Source: Escherichia phage 590B. From it: a stretch of DNA of 44,390 bases. The stretch lies in the sequence record MW722821.1, one strand, 5' to 3'. Positions 42,671 to 44,390 of the stretch are shown piece by piece. The notes below the pieces were generated by a model. It saw nothing but the letters and a program-made list of their open reading frames with translations. It was not told the DNA's origin and ran no database searches. Each line of letters starts with the position of its first letter. The first letter of the stretch is position 1. The translations under genes and the position numbers were made by a program.

Positions 42671-43180
42671 ATGAAGCTGAAACTTAAGCAGCCATCGCCA
42701 GAGGTGGTACAAGCTGCACATGAAGAAGCTGTTAGCGCAAACCGTCGCCGTAAACGACCGCGCGGTAAACAGAGCCTTTATCAATCATCCCGTAATTCTG
42801 CGGCATTGTGGGACCCGGACTACTGTGACGCGTTAATCGAGTTCTTCGACCGCACGTCGTGGGAGCTTGTGCCAACGTCTAAGGGTGACGAACGCCCGCT
42901 GATTCAGGATAAACCACCGTCACTGGCCCGCTTCGCCTTACACATCGGAGTCACTATCCCGATTATTAAGCTTTGGCTGCGTGAGATTCCCGCATTTGCA
43001 GAAGCCTGGGAGACAGCACAGGCGCTGGAAGAGGCATACTTCACTGAAACGGGGGCCGCGGGCATCTCTGCTACGTTTGCTGCCGCGAAACTGGGCCTGA
43101 ATAAAACAGTTGTCGCCGAAGAAGTACGCGACGAGCCAATCAGCGAAGTAACAATTAAGGTGGTGTCCGGTGAACGTTAA
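42671..43180 (+). CDS. terS: terminase small subunit
   Basis: 169 aa directly upstream of terL; AAGGGG SD; basic N-terminus and predicted DNA-binding helix region. Confidence 0.55.
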   Translation: MKLKLKQPSPEVVQAAHEEAVSANRRRKRPRGKQSLYQSSRNSAALWDPDYCDALIEFFDRTSWELVPTSKGDERPLIQDKPPSLARFALHIGVTIPIIKLWLREIPAFAEAWETAQALEEAYFTETGAAGISATFAAAKLGLNKTVVAEEVRDEPISEVTIKVVSGER

Positions 43181-44390
43181 TATCACGGCAACGGAGCCGC
43201 AAGGCGCGTTTCTCGGTATGCATTGCAAGTTTCCGGCATTCGTAGCTGGCTTCGGTACGGGTAAATCCGAAGTTATGTGCAACTCTGCACTACTCGACAG
43301 CATGGAAGGTGGTAGCGATTCTATCATCGCCATGTATGAGCCGACTTATGACCTGGTGCGCCTCATCCTTGCACCGCGTATGGAAGAAAAGCTCACCGAC
43401 TGGGGTATCCGGTACAAATACAACAAGTCTGACAACATAATCTATACGTCTTCCGGACAATTTGGGGATTTTGTTCTGCGTACACTTGATAATCCAGCAC
43501 GAATCGTTGGCTACGAATCGTTTCGTGCGAAAATCGACGAGTTGGACACCCTTAACATGGAGCACGCCGAGCACGCGTGGAACAAAGTCATCGCCCGTAA
43601 CCGCCAGTTGCCGCGGACATATAAACCTATTACACCGAAACCTGCTAATACCGTTTCCGTGTTCACTACCCCGGAAGGATTCCGTTTCGTACATGACCGC
43701 TGGGTAGTCAAAAAGAATCCAGGCTACGAGATGATTCAGGCGTCCACCCTGTCTAACCCGTTCCTGCCAGAAGATTATGTGCAGTCGTTACGCGACACAT
43801 ACCCAGGTCAGTTGATTGACGCCTACATCAACGGCGAGTTCGTCAACCTGACGGCGGGGACTGTCTATTACGCCTATGACCGCAGGAAAAACAGCAGCCG
43901 CGAAACAATAAAACCAGGCGAGACTCTGTATATCGGGCAGGACTTTAACGTAGGCCACATGGCTAGTACAGTTTACGTGCAACGTGGCAAAGTCTGGCAT
44001 GCAGTCGCCGAGTTGGTGGATATGTTCGATACGCCCGATGTGGTGAGAGCCGTAACAGAGCGCTGGAAAAGTAAGGGCCACTATATCGTTATGTACCCCG
44101 ACGCAAGCGGTAAAAACCGTAAAAGTAACAACGCCAGCACATCTGATATTGCCCAGTTACAGCAGGCCGGCTTCGAAGTGCGCGCTAAATCGACAAACCC
44201 ACCGGTTAAAGACCGCGTAGCGGCGATGAATAAGGCGCTTGAATCTGGTATGGTCATGATTAATGAGCAGGCTTGCCCGGTTACCGCACGATGCCTGGAG
44301 CAACAGGCTTACGACAAGAACGGCGAACCGGATAAATCAGGCGGTGTGGACCACCAGAATGATGGAACCACATACCCTATCGCGTATGAA
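43170..44390 (+). CDS. terL: terminase large subunit (3' end truncated by window; continues as 1-595)
   Basis: GTG 43170 with AAGGTGG SD, overlapping terS stop; Walker A-like GFGTGKS; reading frame runs to window end. Confidence 0.7.
   Translation, partial: MNVNITATEPQGAFLGMHCKFPAFVAGFGTGKSEVMCNSALLDSMEGGSDSIIAMYEPTYDLVRLILAPRMEEKLTDWGIRYKYNKSDNIIYTSSGQFGDFVLRTLDNPARIVGYESFRAKIDELDTLNMEHAEHAWNKVIARNRQLPRTYKPITPKPANTVSVFTTPEGFRFVHDRWVVKKNPGYEMIQASTLSNPFLPEDYVQSLRDTYPGQLIDAYINGEFVNLTAGTVYYAYDRRKNSSRETIKPGETLYIGQDFNVGHMASTVYVQRGKVWHAVAELVDMFDTPDVVRAVTERWKSKGHYIVMYPDASGKNRKSNNASTSDIAQLQQAGFEVRAKSTNPPVKDRVAAMNKALESGMVMINEQACPVTARCLEQQAYDKNGEPDKSGGVDHQNDGTTYPIAYE
43847..44390. repeat. 544-bp terminal direct repeat (exact copy of 1-544)
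   Basis: See partner repeat. Confidence 0.85.

Noticed and set aside
1-44390. Lysogeny module (integrase, attachment site, CI repressor) and CRISPR array
   Set aside because: No tyrosine or serine recombinase-like ORF and no regularly spaced short repeats anywhere; the Cro-like and AlpA-like HTH genes alone do not establish temperate behaviour.

Overview
The window is an essentially complete genome of a tailed dsDNA phage, about 43.8 kb per unit, with no integrase, tRNA or CRISPR array detected. Bases 1-544 are an exact copy of 43847-44390, so the window is a circular or circularly permuted genome linearised inside the large terminase gene. Gene content and about 50% GC resemble siphoviruses of enterobacteria (Jersey-like phages), but this rests on motif recognition only; no database search was run. 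Layout: a plus-strand arm runs from about 35.9 kb through small early genes, a holin/endolysin pair, terS/terL, head, tail and tailspike to 23.66 kb. A minus-strand arm (23.69-35.46 kb) carries replication and recombination genes: family A DNA polymerase, PrimPol-ATPase primase/helicase, SNF2 helicase, Cas4-like nuclease, SSB-like protein, VRR-NUC, and an orphan C5 cytosine methyltransferase. The arms diverge at a 0.47-kb control region (35.46-35.93 kb) and converge on a bidirectional terminator at about 23.67 kb. All promoters found are near-consensus sigma70-type and fall into two conserved families sharing a GAATAGT core. The most unusual items are: an HslV-like N-terminal-nucleophile protease gene just upstream of the lysis genes; a four-gene opposite-strand moron operon inside the tail module (HTH-metallophosphoesterase, HNH-AP2 endonuclease, secreted protein); a tandem trio of diverging paralogs flanked by 94-bp direct repeats; and a possible untranslated leader or small RNA in the control region. 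Coordinates of small ORFs and regulatory sites are hand-derived and may be off by a few bases.
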